The notes beneath the pieces are model-generated. The model ran no database searches and was not told the DNA's origin. It saw only the letters and a list, made by a program, of their open reading frames with translations. Shown piece after piece: positions 46,515 through 56,715 of a stretch of DNA of 64,000 nt. The DNA is taken from positions 211,496 to 275,495 of the forward strand of contig DMZH01000002.1 in NCBI GenBank assembly GCA_003484955.1. Direction: 5' to 3'. The position numbers and the translations under genes are program-made. The stretch is from Candidatus Woesebacteria bacterium. GTDB lineage: Bacteria > Patescibacteriota > Microgenomatia > UBA8517. The first letter of the stretch is position 1. Every line of letters begins with the position of its first letter.

Positions 46515-49077
46515 GTGAAGGTGTCGGGCCGGCTTCCCATGATTGTCCAACTCCAATTGTTATAACCCTATTCGATTGGTGATTGGCGGCATCCATTGCA
46601 ATAGCTTCAATCGTATAAATGCCATTAGAAGGAAAATTTACTTTACAAGAATAGTTGTTTGCTCCGTTGTTAAAGGTGCAAATTTTATTGCCGTTTAATT
46701 TTAAATCAACCTGAGTAATGGCCGAACTGGAATTGGCAGTAAAAGTGACATTCATCTCGCCCGTGGAAAGATTGGAATCGTGATCATGGGGATTGGTATA
46801 CTCAACACTCAGAGGATTACCTGTTCCACAATAATCAGTCGGGGGGTGATATTTCAGATCACTTTGGGTATTTAACCAATTAAGGATTCCTTCCTGCCAT
46901 CGATTTGTTCCACCCGTTCCGGCTGTAGGATCTTCCTCTTTAAATTGGTAATATTCCTTAGAATCAAAATTCCCGCCGGCTACGTCGCTTGGAGTAGCCA
47001 GCTTTCCATCGCTTTTACAAACCTTTAAAAATACGTGAATCGGATCCGCTAGAGTTGGTTCAGTACCTTTTATAAAATATTCTGGGCGAGCCGGAAAATT
47101 ATCGTGTGCACCATAACCGGATACTCTATCGACAGAAACCTGAGATATATCAGAAGGAGGTTGAAAAGTAACAGCCGATTTTCCCTTTAAGGCCTGAACA
47201 ATTATGTTGTGCCAAATTGGGGATGCGCCGGAAACTCCCGAGGCAACATTCAACATCGAAGTGTTGTCATTGTTTCCCACCCAAACCCCAACCATGGCGT
47301 TTTCGTTTCCGCCTATTGTCCAGTTGTCCTTTTTATCATTTGTGGTTCCTGTTTTAGCCATCACGTTGGCAATATTTAAATAAGAGTTGACTCCAAAGGT
47401 GTCTTTTCTGGCATCATTGTCGGCAAGTATGTTATTAATTAAAAAGGCTTGTCCCTCTGTCAAAACCTGTTTGCCTTTTTGAGGAGTGTTATTTTCTAAA
47501 ACTTTTCCTTTTATATCGGTGACTTTAAGAATTGCCACCGGATCTACCCTGTAGCCTTTATTCACAAACGCGGAATAGGCAGATGTCATGTCAATAAGTC
47601 TCACCTCGCCTCCACCCAAAGTTAATGAAAGACCAACTCTTTTTAGAGTATCTGCCGTCGGAGGAAGGGTGGTAAGACCCAAATCCGTTGCAGTTTGTAG
47701 AACATTTTTAATCCCAACCATGGCAAGCATTTTAACAGCAGGAACATTTCTGGAGTTTGCCAGAGCGTAGCGGACCTGAATCGGCCCAACATATTTGCCG
47801 TCATAATTTACAGGTTTATAATCCGGTTGTCCTACTCCACCCGGAAAAGTTGTAGGAACATCCATCAAAAGAGTGGCGGGGCTATAACCCTGCTTAAATG
47901 CGGTAACATAGGTAAAAGGCTTGAATGAACTTCCGGGTTGACGAAGAGATGTGGTAACGTTTACCTGTCCGTCATAGTCGTCTGCAAAGAAATTTTTTGA
48001 TCCAACCATGCTCAAAATTTCTCCTGTATTGGGGTTAAGAACAACTGCCGCACCGTTTGTAATATGCTGCTTTTCTACTTTCGCAATTTCATCTGTAACA
48101 ATTTGCTGGGCTTTATCCTGAAGTTCGAGATCCAATGTCGTCGTCACCGTTAAACCTCCTTGTTCAACAGCCGCTTGGCCATAGGTATCCTCCAGAATCT
48201 TTTGAACATATTGAACAAAATGCGGTGCGTTAAGGCTTGTTCCCTTGGATTGGAACTGAAAACTCGAGAGCTCTGCACCGGCAGCCACTTCCTGATCTTT
48301 GGTTATATAACCATCTTCCTTCATCCTCCTTAAAACATCTTTTGTACGCTCTACATAAGCCGTTGGCGTCGAAGAGTAGGGTGAATAGGCTGACGGTGCT
48401 TGCGGCATTCCGGCAAGGATTGCGCTCTCGATAAGATTCAGGTCTACAACATCTTTCCCGAAATAAGTCTGGGCGGCAGCGCCAACTCCCCAAGAAGTTC
48501 CTCCATAGGGAGCCTCATTTAGATACATTTGAAGTATCTGATCTTTTGAGTATTTTTTCTCAATCTGAATTGCCAAAACAAACTCTTTAATTTTCCTGAC
48601 AACGGTTCTATCGTTTGTCAAAAGCACATTTTTAACAAGCTGTTGGGTGAGAGTAGAACCTCCAGCGGCCCTGCCTTTTGTGAAAATACGCAAGAAACCC
48701 CGTAAAATTCCAATTGAATCAAAACCCTGGTGTTTATAAAAATTTTTATCCTCAATCGAAATGGTTGCCTGTCTCAAATATAAGGGGATATCTGGAAGTT
48801 CCACTGGGGTTCTATTTTGATTAGCATAAACATCATAAAGGAGACTGCCGTTCCGATCCAAAATTTTGGTAGAAAAGCCCTGTGTTCTCACAATTTTGTC
48901 AGGGGAGGGGAGATTAAAGGCCAGAACAGGGAGAATAAATAAAAGAAAGATAAAAAAGCCGACAGCCCCAAAGAAAGCTATTTTTGTCCATTTAACCAAC
49001 TGCCTGCTTCTGCTTAGTGACTGGCCATACTTTCTCCTATCTCTCCATGTTGAATGTCTAGCCCTATCCCTCCACAT
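46504..49077 (-). CDS. Bifunctional penicillin-binding protein 1A (GT51 transglycosylase + transpeptidase) with Ig-like C-terminal extension
   Basis: GT51 motifs (ISIEDKNFYKHQGFD, RKIKE), transpeptidase SxxK (PGSSFKPF), SxN and KTG(T). N-terminal TM helix. Confidence 0.85.
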   Translation of the reverse strand: MWRDRARHSTWRDRRKYGQSLSRSRQLVKWTKIAFFGAVGFFIFLLFILPVLAFNLPSPDKIVRTQGFSTKILDRNGSLLYDVYANQNRTPVELPDIPLYLRQATISIEDKNFYKHQGFDSIGILRGFLRIFTKGRAAGGSTLTQQLVKNVLLTNDRTVVRKIKEFVLAIQIEKKYSKDQILQMYLNEAPYGGTSWGVGAAAQTYFGKDVVDLNLIESAILAGMPQAPSAYSPYSSTPTAYVERTKDVLRRMKEDGYITKDQEVAAGAELSSFQFQSKGTSLNAPHFVQYVQKILEDTYGQAAVEQGGLTVTTTLDLELQDKAQQIVTDEIAKVEKQHITNGAAVVLNPNTGEILSMVGSKNFFADDYDGQVNVTTSLRQPGSSFKPFTYVTAFKQGYSPATLLMDVPTTFPGGVGQPDYKPVNYDGKYVGPIQVRYALANSRNVPAVKMLAMVGIKNVLQTATDLGLTTLPPTADTLKRVGLSLTLGGGEVRLIDMTSAYSAFVNKGYRVDPVAILKVTDIKGKVLENNTPQKGKQVLTEGQAFLINNILADNDARKDTFGVNSYLNIANVMAKTGTTNDKKDNWTIGGNENAMVGVWVGNNDNTSMLNVASGVSGASPIWHNIIVQALKGKSAVTFQPPSDISQVSVDRVSGYGAHDNFPARPEYFIKGTEPTLADPIHVFLKVCKSDGKLATPSDVAGGNFDSKEYYQFKEEDPTAGTGGTNRWQEGILNWLNTQSDLKYHPPTDYCGTGNPLSVEYTNPHDHDSNLSTGEMNVTFTANSSSAITQVDLKLNGNKICTFNNGANNYSCKVNFPSNGIYTIEAIAMDAANHQSNRVITIGVGQSWEAGPTPSPSP

Positions 49078-49153
49078 AGTACCTATTCTAGCAAATTATT
49101 CATAAGTTAACTAACTATTCAAAAAACCTCTTAAAAGACTTAGAATTGTATAT

Positions 49154-50305
49154 ATGGACAAAATTGAAGAAGTACTAACAAGAGGGGTTCAACAGGTTTT
49201 ACCTGATAAAAAGGGATTAATGGAACTTATGGCCAAAAGAAAAATTAAGCTCTATCAGGGGTTTGATCCTTCCGCTCCGTCACTTCATCTCGGAAATTTT
49301 GTAGGACTTATGAAACTTCGACAATTTCAGAAACTCGGACACGAAGTAGTATTCCTTGTGGGAGACTTTACCGGAATGATAGGGGATCCTACAGATAAAC
49401 TCGCTACCAGGAAGAAATTAACCCGCGAGCAAGTTCTGGAAAATGCAAAGGCCTGGTACAAACAAGCCGGGAAAGTTTTGGATTTTGATGGAGCCAATCC
49501 TGCCAAAATCCTTTTTAATTCCGAATGGAGCGACAAAATTACTTTCAAGGATCTAATTGAAATCGCATCAAATGTAACCGTTCAACAAACGATCGAGCGC
49601 GATATGTTTCAGGAAAGGTTGAAAAGCAACACCCCAATTTATCTTCACGAGTTCCTGTATCCGGTAGCTCAAGGTTATGATTGTGTGGTAATGGACGTTG
49701 ACCTTGAAATAGGTGGAAACGATCAGCTTTTCAACATGATGATGGGGAGAACCTTGATGAAAGCTATCAAAAATAAAGAAAAATATGTACTTACGACAAA
49801 GCTTTTGGTCGATAAAGAGGGTAAAAAGGTCGGCAAAACAACCGGAAATGCGCTTTTTCTGGATTCAACTCCTGAAAACTTTTACGCAGGAGTGATGTCA
49901 TTTCCGGATGAAGTACTTTTTTTGAGTTTCGAACTTCTTACAGAAATATCACTTGATGGATTATCTGAAAAAATTAAAAAGAACCCGATGGAAGAAAAAA
50001 AACATCTGGCTTTTGAAATCGTTAAATTTCTTTGGGGTGAAAGTACCGCAAATACGGCTCAAAAAACATTTGAGAAAACATTTCAGGAAAAGGCACCAAC
50101 TTTTAACATCAAGGTCGCGTCCGGTGACTCTTTGGCGATAACTATTGCACCTTTTACTTCACTTGGTAGTATTAGTGAGGCTAAGCGTCTAATTAAGCAA
50201 AATGCAGTTGATATTAACGGAAAGACAGTTTCCGATTCATCTTATCAAGTGAAATCCGGAGACGAAATAAAGGTCGGTAGCAGAACATTCCTAAAGGCAA
50301 AGTAA
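49154..50305 (+). CDS. tyrS: Tyrosyl-tRNA synthetase
   Basis: YQGFDPSAPSLHLGN (HIGH-type), KFGKT-type motif and a C-terminal S4 domain. Confidence 0.9.
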   Translation: MDKIEEVLTRGVQQVLPDKKGLMELMAKRKIKLYQGFDPSAPSLHLGNFVGLMKLRQFQKLGHEVVFLVGDFTGMIGDPTDKLATRKKLTREQVLENAKAWYKQAGKVLDFDGANPAKILFNSEWSDKITFKDLIEIASNVTVQQTIERDMFQERLKSNTPIYLHEFLYPVAQGYDCVVMDVDLEIGGNDQLFNMMMGRTLMKAIKNKEKYVLTTKLLVDKEGKKVGKTTGNALFLDSTPENFYAGVMSFPDEVLFLSFELLTEISLDGLSEKIKKNPMEEKKHLAFEIVKFLWGESTANTAQKTFEKTFQEKAPTFNIKVASGDSLAITIAPFTSLGSISEAKRLIKQNAVDINGKTVSDSSYQVKSGDEIKVGSRTFLKAK

Positions 50306-50322
50306 CCTTAAAGCAAAATAAT

Positions 50323-50427
50323 ATGATTTCCAAAAAGGGTAAAAAAATATTTGTAATAATAACAATCATCTCGGGCATTGCTCTCCTTTTGGGGGGAGTA
50401 TTGCCGTATATCCTTTACGCCCGTTAA
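50323..50427 (+). CDS. Candidate 34-aa hydrophobic peptide between tyrS and recG
   Basis: MISKKGKKIFVIITIISGIALLLGGVLPYILYAR with a single TM helix. Weak evidence. Confidence 0.25.
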   Translation: MISKKGKKIFVIITIISGIALLLGGVLPYILYAR

Positions 50428-50432
50428 TCTAA

Positions 50433-52454
50433 ATGGATTTAACTTCTCCAGTTACAGAGCTGCCAAAAATAGGGCCAATTTTTGAAAAGAAATTTGAAAA
50501 ATTGGGGATAGTTACACTTGAAAATCTTTTTTACCACGTCCCGACAAGATATTTGGACTATTCACTCATTACTACGATTTCAAAACTTCACCCCGACGAA
50601 ACAGCCACAATACATGCCAAAATAGTTTCTTTAAAAAACATTTATTCCAAAAGAGGACTCAAAATGCAGATCGGATCTGTTGAAGATTCAACAGGGAAAA
50701 TTACAGTGCTTTGGTTTAACCAACCCTTTCTTGTCAAAACGCTTTATCCCGGGCGTCTTGTATCACTCTCAGGCAAGATTGGATTTTTTGGAAGAAAACT
50801 TTGTCTGACATCCCCTGATTATGAACTTATGGTAGAGGAGGATGACCCCACAACCCACACCGGCCGTATTGTGCCTATTTATCCCGAAACGGCTGGACTT
50901 TCCTCAAAATGGATTAGAAGAAAAATTAAAGAAGCGTATGTTAACTCCGCCATCACAGAATTTTTACCCCAAAATATTTTAGATAAATTTAAACTAATAG
51001 ACTTCAAAAAAGCTATTAAATTTGTTCACTTTCCGGAAAGTTTTGAAGAAGCAGAGACAGGGCGCAGGAGACTGGCTTTTAATGAACTTTTGAGTCTTGA
51101 GCTTAGAAGTCAAATAAGAAAACTTAATTGGAAGAAAAACAAAGTTGCCAATAAAATCACCATTGACCGGAAACTGATTGAGTCATTTATTAAAAGTATT
51201 TCATTTGATTTAACAAATTCTCAAAAGAAAGTTATTGGTGAGATTCTGGAAAATCTTAAGAGTGAAATCCCCATGAACAGACTTCTCGAAGGAGACGTCG
51301 GAAGCGGGAAAACGGTTGTTGCGGCTGTTGCTGCCTTTGCTGCTTTCACAAACGGATATCAAACAGTAATTATGGCACCTACACAGATACTTGCCTCCCA
51401 GCACTACAAAACATTTAAGGCCCTTTTCTCTAAATTCTCTGTCAGAATATCGCTAATTACCTCAGACATAAAAAGGAGAGATCTCGGCAGAAATGACATT
51501 TTTATCGGAACCCATTCTTTAATAAACGGAAAGATTGGCTTTGACACCATGAGTGGAACATCCAAAGTTGGCCTGGTTGTAATTGACGAACAGCACAGGT
51601 TTGGCGTTGAGCAAAGAAAACACTTAATTAAAAAGTCGGGGACACCCCACGTCCTAACAATGACGGCAACTCCAATTCCAAGAACTGTGGCACTGGCCGC
51701 CTATGGAGACATGGATTTGTCAGTTCTGACCGACATGCCACCCGGCAGACTCAAAGTTACCACCTGGGTCATACCGGAACAAAAAAGAAATGGGGCTTAT
51801 GATTGGATCAGGTCTCAAGTCTCAGACCTCAAGTCCCAGGCCTTTATTGTTTGTCCTCTAATTGAAGACTCCGATGCTGAAACTTTGGCCGACGTAAAAT
51901 CGGTAACTTCTGAATTTATTAATCTGCAATCCATATTCTCTAATCTTAGGCTTGGTCTTCTACATGGAAGATTGAAGCCTTCTGAAAAGGATAAAGTGCT
52001 GGAAGATTTTAAAAAGGGCAGGATAGATATTTTAGTGACTACTCCAGTAGTTGAGGTCGGAATCGATATTCCAAATGCTTCTGTTATGGTTATTGAGGCT
52101 GCCGAACGCTTCGGCTTGGCTCAGCTTCACCAGCTCAGAGGTAGGGTGGGTAGGGGAAGATCGAAGTCATACTGCTTACTTTTCAGTAATTTTCACTCCG
52201 GAAGGGCTTACACGCGGTTAAAAGCGATGGAAAAGACCCACTCCGGATTTGAACTGTCCGAGCTCGATTTAAAACTAAGAGGACCAGGAGAGATATTCGG
52301 GACGGCTCAAAGCGGTTTTCCTGAGCTTAAAATTGCCGGCTGGAACAATTATGAACTGATAAAAGATGCTAAAAATGCGGCCGAGGAGATTATAGAGGAT
52401 CCTGTTAAATTCAAAGTTTTTAAGTCTAAAATAAAAGAAGATATATCTAATTGA
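50433..52454 (+). CDS. recG: ATP-dependent DNA helicase RecG
   Basis: Wedge domain and helicase motifs (GDVGSGKT, VIDEQHRFGV, TATPIPRT, QLRGRVGRG). Confidence 0.9.
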   Translation: MDLTSPVTELPKIGPIFEKKFEKLGIVTLENLFYHVPTRYLDYSLITTISKLHPDETATIHAKIVSLKNIYSKRGLKMQIGSVEDSTGKITVLWFNQPFLVKTLYPGRLVSLSGKIGFFGRKLCLTSPDYELMVEEDDPTTHTGRIVPIYPETAGLSSKWIRRKIKEAYVNSAITEFLPQNILDKFKLIDFKKAIKFVHFPESFEEAETGRRRLAFNELLSLELRSQIRKLNWKKNKVANKITIDRKLIESFIKSISFDLTNSQKKVIGEILENLKSEIPMNRLLEGDVGSGKTVVAAVAAFAAFTNGYQTVIMAPTQILASQHYKTFKALFSKFSVRISLITSDIKRRDLGRNDIFIGTHSLINGKIGFDTMSGTSKVGLVVIDEQHRFGVEQRKHLIKKSGTPHVLTMTATPIPRTVALAAYGDMDLSVLTDMPPGRLKVTTWVIPEQKRNGAYDWIRSQVSDLKSQAFIVCPLIEDSDAETLADVKSVTSEFINLQSIFSNLRLGLLHGRLKPSEKDKVLEDFKKGRIDILVTTPVVEVGIDIPNASVMVIEAAERFGLAQLHQLRGRVGRGRSKSYCLLFSNFHSGRAYTRLKAMEKTHSGFELSELDLKLRGPGEIFGTAQSGFPELKIAGWNNYELIKDAKNAAEEIIEDPVKFKVFKSKIKEDISN

Positions 52455-52488
52455 GAAATTACTATTTATCATCTATAATTGAGCGTCT

Positions 52489-52665
52489 ATGACACCGTTA
52501 CCTAAAAGAAAACACACAAGATCCCGTTCAAACATCAGAAGAGGGGGTCAGCCAAAGATATCTCTGGGAAACCTGGTTAAATGCTCGAATTGCGGCAAGC
52601 TTAAGGAATCCCATCGTGCATGTCCTTACTGTGGACTCTATGGAGCAGATAAAAAAGCTAAATAA
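52489..52665 (+). CDS. rpmF: Ribosomal protein bL32 (58 aa, absent from the ORF track because it is under 60 aa)
   Basis: [19 protein letters not shown]... with a C4 zinc ribbon (CSNCG...CPYCG). Confidence 0.75.
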   Translation: MTPLPKRKHTRSRSNIRRGGQPKISLGNLVKCSNCGKLKESHRACPYCGLYGADKKAK

Positions 52666-52667
52666 AA

Positions 52668-53033
52668 ATGAAGACCGCAACTGACCCCAGACACCTTCGA
52701 AGGCGGGAGGCAATCAAAATTCTTTTTGCAGAGACCTATACCACCCAACCAAATCCTCCGGAACTAGTTCAAAAGATTCTCAAACAGAAAAACAAAATAA
52801 ACAAACTTATCAATCGTGCAGCACCTCAATGGCCTGTTGATAAACTCAATAAAATCGATCTCGCCGTTCTTTGGCTGGCAATTTATGAACTTGAGAATGA
52901 AGACACACCCCCGAAGGTTATTATTGATGAGGCCGTAGAGTTGTCAAAGGAATTTGGCAGTGAATCATCCTCTTCATTTATTAACGGTGTACTCGGTACA
53001 ATATACAAAGAGGAATCTTCCAAAAATGAATAG
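52668..53033 (+). CDS. nusB: Transcription antitermination factor NusB
   Basis: [10 protein letters not shown] and [12 protein letters not shown] motifs. Confidence 0.75.
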   Translation: MKTATDPRHLRRREAIKILFAETYTTQPNPPELVQKILKQKNKINKLINRAAPQWPVDKLNKIDLAVLWLAIYELENEDTPPKVIIDEAVELSKEFGSESSSSFINGVLGTIYKEESSKNE

Positions 53034-53268
53034 GGAATACAACGACATTAAAGAGTCTGTTAAAAACGCGCTTGCGGATTTCCTCGGTATCGAACCGGAG
53101 GACGTTGAAGACGATTTTTCATTAACTGAGGATCTTCATATGAAACCCACGGATTTAACCGATTTTATTGAGATATTAGTAAAAATGAACTTTGATACCG
53201 CGAGTCTTGATTTTAGTGAGATCGAAACATTTTCCGAACTTATCGACGCACTTACAGTTCATCAATGA
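53026..53268 (+). CDS. Acyl-carrier-protein-like protein with Thr in place of the phosphopantetheine Ser
   Basis: ACP fold signature (helix II region [17 protein letters not shown]), but the DSL motif is replaced by PTDL. The start was moved to the internal ATG at 53026, which overlaps the nusB stop. Confidence 0.5.
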   Translation: MNREYNDIKESVKNALADFLGIEPEDVEDDFSLTEDLHMKPTDLTDFIEILVKMNFDTASLDFSEIETFSELIDALTVHQ

Positions 53269-53936
53269 AAAAAATAGATTTACTTAGGAACACTTTTACA
53301 AACAAAGATTTGTTTGACCAGGCTTTAACCCACAGATCCTGGGTAAATGAGCACAAAGGAGTCAGGGAATCCAATGAAAGGATGGAGTTTTTGGGTGATG
53401 CAATACTTGAATATGTTGTATCAAAAGAAATTTATGATAATTTCCCCGATAAAGAAGAGGGATATCTCACGGCATTAAGAGCCAATCTTGTAAATACTCA
53501 TGCTCTGGCCGAAATTGCCAATAGACTTAAACTTGGACATGCACTTTTCCTCTCAAAAGGTGAGGAAGATGGCGGAGGAAGGAAAAATTCATCCCTTCTT
53601 GCTGACACCATTGAGGCAGTGATAGGAGCTATCTTTTTTGATCGGGGAATAGGAGCCGCCGAAGAATTCATACAGGAAAATATTTTGATTGATACTAAAG
53701 AAAAAGCGAGCAAACCGCTTAAAGATTTCAAGAGCAGACTCCAGGAAACGGTTCAGGCAAAGGGATTTTCGGCTCCTAAATACCATGTCGTCGAAGAATC
53801 AGGACCGGATCACAATAAAAAGTTTATCATCGAAGTTTTGGTCAACGGCGTGTCCTGGGGAAAGGGAGAGGGAAAAAGTAAAAGCAGTGCCGAGCAGGAA
53901 GCCGCTAGACAGGTACTCACAAAAAAGGTACAATAA
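53265..53936 (+). CDS. rnc: Ribonuclease III
   Basis: ERMEFLGDA catalytic signature and a C-terminal dsRBD. Confidence 0.9.
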   Translation: MKKIDLLRNTFTNKDLFDQALTHRSWVNEHKGVRESNERMEFLGDAILEYVVSKEIYDNFPDKEEGYLTALRANLVNTHALAEIANRLKLGHALFLSKGEEDGGGRKNSSLLADTIEAVIGAIFFDRGIGAAEEFIQENILIDTKEKASKPLKDFKSRLQETVQAKGFSAPKYHVVEESGPDHNKKFIIEVLVNGVSWGKGEGKSKSSAEQEAARQVLTKKVQ

Positions 53937-53943
53937 GCCCCAT

Positions 53944-54162
53944 ATGGTTACTATTCGTCTTTCAAGATTTGGTAGGAAAAAGGCTCCTTTTTACAGGGTT
54001 GTTGTGGTTGATGATAGAAAGAAAACCACAGGTGGAGTAATAGATTATATCGGAACATGGAATCCGATTAAAAAACTTAAGACAATCGATACCGAAAAGC
54101 TTGCCGAGTGGACAGGTAAGGGTGCCCAAATAAGCCAGACAGTTAAGAAGCTTTTGGAATAG
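53944..54162 (+). CDS. rpsP: Ribosomal protein bS16
   Basis: MVTIRLSRFGRKKAPFYRVVV. The track ORF 53689..54162 is an upstream over-extension in the same frame. Confidence 0.85.
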   Translation: MVTIRLSRFGRKKAPFYRVVVVDDRKKTTGGVIDYIGTWNPIKKLKTIDTEKLAEWTGKGAQISQTVKKLLE

Positions 54163-54170
54163 ATAATTTC

Positions 54171-54395
54171 ATGAAAGAACTATTAGAGTATTTACTAAAA
54201 GGAGTTCTCGGTGAAGAGAAGTTCGAGATAATCGAAGAACAGGACGGAAGCAGGGTCTCCTACACAATAAAATCCGCACCGGAAAATATGGGTCTTATCA
54301 TCGGTAAAGGCGGACGCATGATTAAATCCCTCAGAAACGTATTAAAGGTACGGGCTACGTTGGAAAAAACTGCAGTCACATTGAACGTAGAATAA
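54171..54395 (+). CDS. KH-domain RNA-binding protein (YlqC-like)
   Basis: GxxG loop (IIGKGGRMIKSLR). Located after rpsP as in many bacteria. Confidence 0.75.
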   Translation: MKELLEYLLKGVLGEEKFEIIEEQDGSRVSYTIKSAPENMGLIIGKGGRMIKSLRNVLKVRATLEKTAVTLNVE

Positions 54396-54406
54396 TTTCT
54401 TCCTAC

Positions 54407-55075
54407 TTATTGACCAAAAGGATTTGGATTGAGGGCGCTTCCGGTTGCAGTAACAGTCTCACCAAAAGAAGGAAAAGTTAAGTTACCTATCTGCGTTAGC
54501 AAATCTTTTTCAGAAACAGTTAAGTCTGTAACGGATTGTGTTACGGTAGGGATGGTTGAAGGAAATTCCGCCCAATAAGTTCTTGTTGAAATATTTGCAA
54601 TATTTACTCCTTTATCCTCGCTCAACTGCATTTTATCAACCAAAGTGATCGGAGCAATACTGTCTATACTTTTTATGAAGGAAATTATTTGTTCCCTGGG
54701 ACCGGTGACATTAAACGAGGTGGTTACGGACGAAAGACTTGAAGAATCACCGCCTGCTATGGAAGCCCTTATGTCACCCAAGACCAATAAATTATTACTG
54801 GCCAAAAGTTTTAATTGAGATATTATTTGCAACGATGGATTAGACTTTGGAAGAGCAAATGTGACCGAATCTGCGCCGGATACTGTCGTCTGAGATAACG
54901 ACTTGAGAATTTTAAGTTTTTCCGACAACGTGGATTGGGTCTTTTTGGCATCATTAATTTTTGCCCGTAAATCCGTAACTTGAGATATACCAAATTTACC
55001 CACAATAACAAAGAGTATTATTACTATTACAAGCGGAGCCGTCGATTTTAATATTTCTTTATCGTTTTCCGACAT
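54407..55075 (-). CDS. pilO: Type IV pilus assembly protein PilO-like
   Basis: N-terminal TM, coiled coil and position after the PilN-like gene. Confidence 0.55.
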   Translation of the reverse strand: MSENDKEILKSTAPLVIVIILFVIVGKFGISQVTDLRAKINDAKKTQSTLSEKLKILKSLSQTTVSGADSVTFALPKSNPSLQIISQLKLLASNNLLVLGDIRASIAGGDSSSLSSVTTSFNVTGPREQIISFIKSIDSIAPITLVDKMQLSEDKGVNIANISTRTYWAEFPSTIPTVTQSVTDLTVSEKDLLTQIGNLTFPSFGETVTATGSALNPNPFGQ

Positions 55076-55077
55076 AA

Positions 55078-55617
55078 TTATTTATTGGTCAAACTTACCG
55101 CAATTGAGTAACCGTTATTCGCGCTATATGTGAAAGAGGGAAGGTTTATCGTATTAAACAGCTTGGTGCTTTTAATATTTTGAATAAAACTGGTTAGATC
55201 CTCGTTGGATCTAATAATCAGGGAGATGTCCATTTTGGACGAAGTAATATTTGCCTCATTCATGGTCGATGCGGAAGAAACATTTGCAAAAAGTGAATCA
55301 ACATTTGTTATGCTTTTCGAAGCATTTGGGGTAGATTTAATAGATGCTATTTTGGCAAGTCTGTCTTTGAGCAAAATTAATTGTTGTTCGCTTGTTTCTT
55401 GAGCCTTAACTTGGGTCTTAAGCTGGTCAACACTGACTTGAGTGTTTGTAAGTGTCGTTTTATTAATAATAAAAAGAGCAACAATTCCTAAACAAAAAAC
55501 AACAAAAGCGACCACCAAAATAACTCCGAGTGCTTTGGCTGTTTTAAGAACTTTACCGAGACCTTTACTGACTTGAAGGTTTTGCGGCAAAAGGTTTAGG
55601 TTAAGATTTTCCGGCAT
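55078..55617 (-). CDS. pilN: Type IV pilus assembly protein PilN-like
   Basis: Single TM plus coiled coil. Immediately downstream of pilM. Confidence 0.6.
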   Translation of the reverse strand: MPENLNLNLLPQNLQVSKGLGKVLKTAKALGVILVVAFVVFCLGIVALFIINKTTLTNTQVSVDQLKTQVKAQETSEQQLILLKDRLAKIASIKSTPNASKSITNVDSLFANVSSASTMNEANITSSKMDISLIIRSNEDLTSFIQNIKSTKLFNTINLPSFTYSANNGYSIAVSLTNK

Positions 55618-55620
55618 ATT

Positions 55621-56670
55621 TTATTCACGCATTGCAAGCCCAACCGCAACGCCATAAAGGGGGGCAAACGATGCCAGTTTTTGAACAGATCCGGGATCGA
55701 TTTGAATATGCATAAAAGGGTTGCCGACCAGAACTTCCATACCAACCGTTTTCGACAGCGCAGAAATCATATCGGGCATGCCACTGGATCCACCTGACAT
55801 AACAAGGGTTGTAGGCATTTCACCTTTTTCATCTGTTAAGTAGTAATTAACGGCTTTTTTAATTTCATCCACAACCAAACGGACCACCGGATCAAGTGCG
55901 TTTTTAATTTTCCCTTCAAGTTGGCTGGGAGACAATCCGTAAGCTTTTTTATACTCTTCTGCCTGCTGAGGGGTTATTTGAAGATTCTGGGAAACCGCAC
56001 GGGTAAAAGCATCACCTGCAACAGGTAAAGATCTGGAGAAAGAGAGAAGCCCGTGGTTTACAATTGCGATATTCGTAGATGAACCCCCAAGATCAACCAG
56101 AAGCACTGTTTTATCAATCGGGGAAAGCGCTCTGGAAAGGGCTATCAGTTCCGTTTCCACAGCAACAGGCATAAGACCGGCCATGTGGACAACCTTGACA
56201 TACTTCTCAACGATTATCCTGGGAGCGGCAACCAAAAGCACTATTACACCGCCGTCGGGACCCGCCGTGTCACTCCTTTTCAGGATAGCGTGTTGAATAA
56301 TTGCCTCGCTTACAGGAATTGGTATATATTGCTCAGCCTCCCACTTGATAGCTGAGGCTATCTCGCTATCGGTTAGTGATGGAAATTTTATTGTCCGTGT
56401 AAACACAAGCGGCTCGGGCACCGAGACTACAACTTCTTTTGATGAAATCTTCGCCTCAACACATAATTTTTTGATTACCTGGGCAATTGATGCCATTTCC
56501 TTTTCTTCCGACATCTTATCCACAGTAGTTCCTGAATAACCGACAACTCCCGAGGCAACTAAAGAAAATGAAGCTCCGTTTTTTTCTAATTCAACAACTT
56601 TTATGGTTTTGCTCCCTATGTTAATTCCAATCATGTGGCAGTTTAGACACAACCAGTCTACACAATTCAT
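55621..56670 (-). CDS. pilM: Type IV pilus assembly ATPase-fold protein PilM
   Basis: Actin-like fold motifs (IGINIGSKTIKVVEL ... DLGGSSTNIAIV). Confidence 0.8.
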   Translation of the reverse strand: MNCVDWLCLNCHMIGINIGSKTIKVVELEKNGASFSLVASGVVGYSGTTVDKMSEEKEMASIAQVIKKLCVEAKISSKEVVVSVPEPLVFTRTIKFPSLTDSEIASAIKWEAEQYIPIPVSEAIIQHAILKRSDTAGPDGGVIVLLVAAPRIIVEKYVKVVHMAGLMPVAVETELIALSRALSPIDKTVLLVDLGGSSTNIAIVNHGLLSFSRSLPVAGDAFTRAVSQNLQITPQQAEEYKKAYGLSPSQLEGKIKNALDPVVRLVVDEIKKAVNYYLTDEKGEMPTTLVMSGGSSGMPDMISALSKTVGMEVLVGNPFMHIQIDPGSVQKLASFAPLYGVAVGLAMRE

Positions 56671-56715
56671 TTAACAATAAATGATACCTTGCGTCAAGGT
56701 TAATCAAGAAGATTA

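Noticed and set aside
53689-54162. 157-aa ORF in the ORF track
   Set aside because: It is an in-frame upstream extension running through the rnc 3' end. The real gene is rpsP, starting at ATG 53944 (MVTIRLSRFGRKK...).
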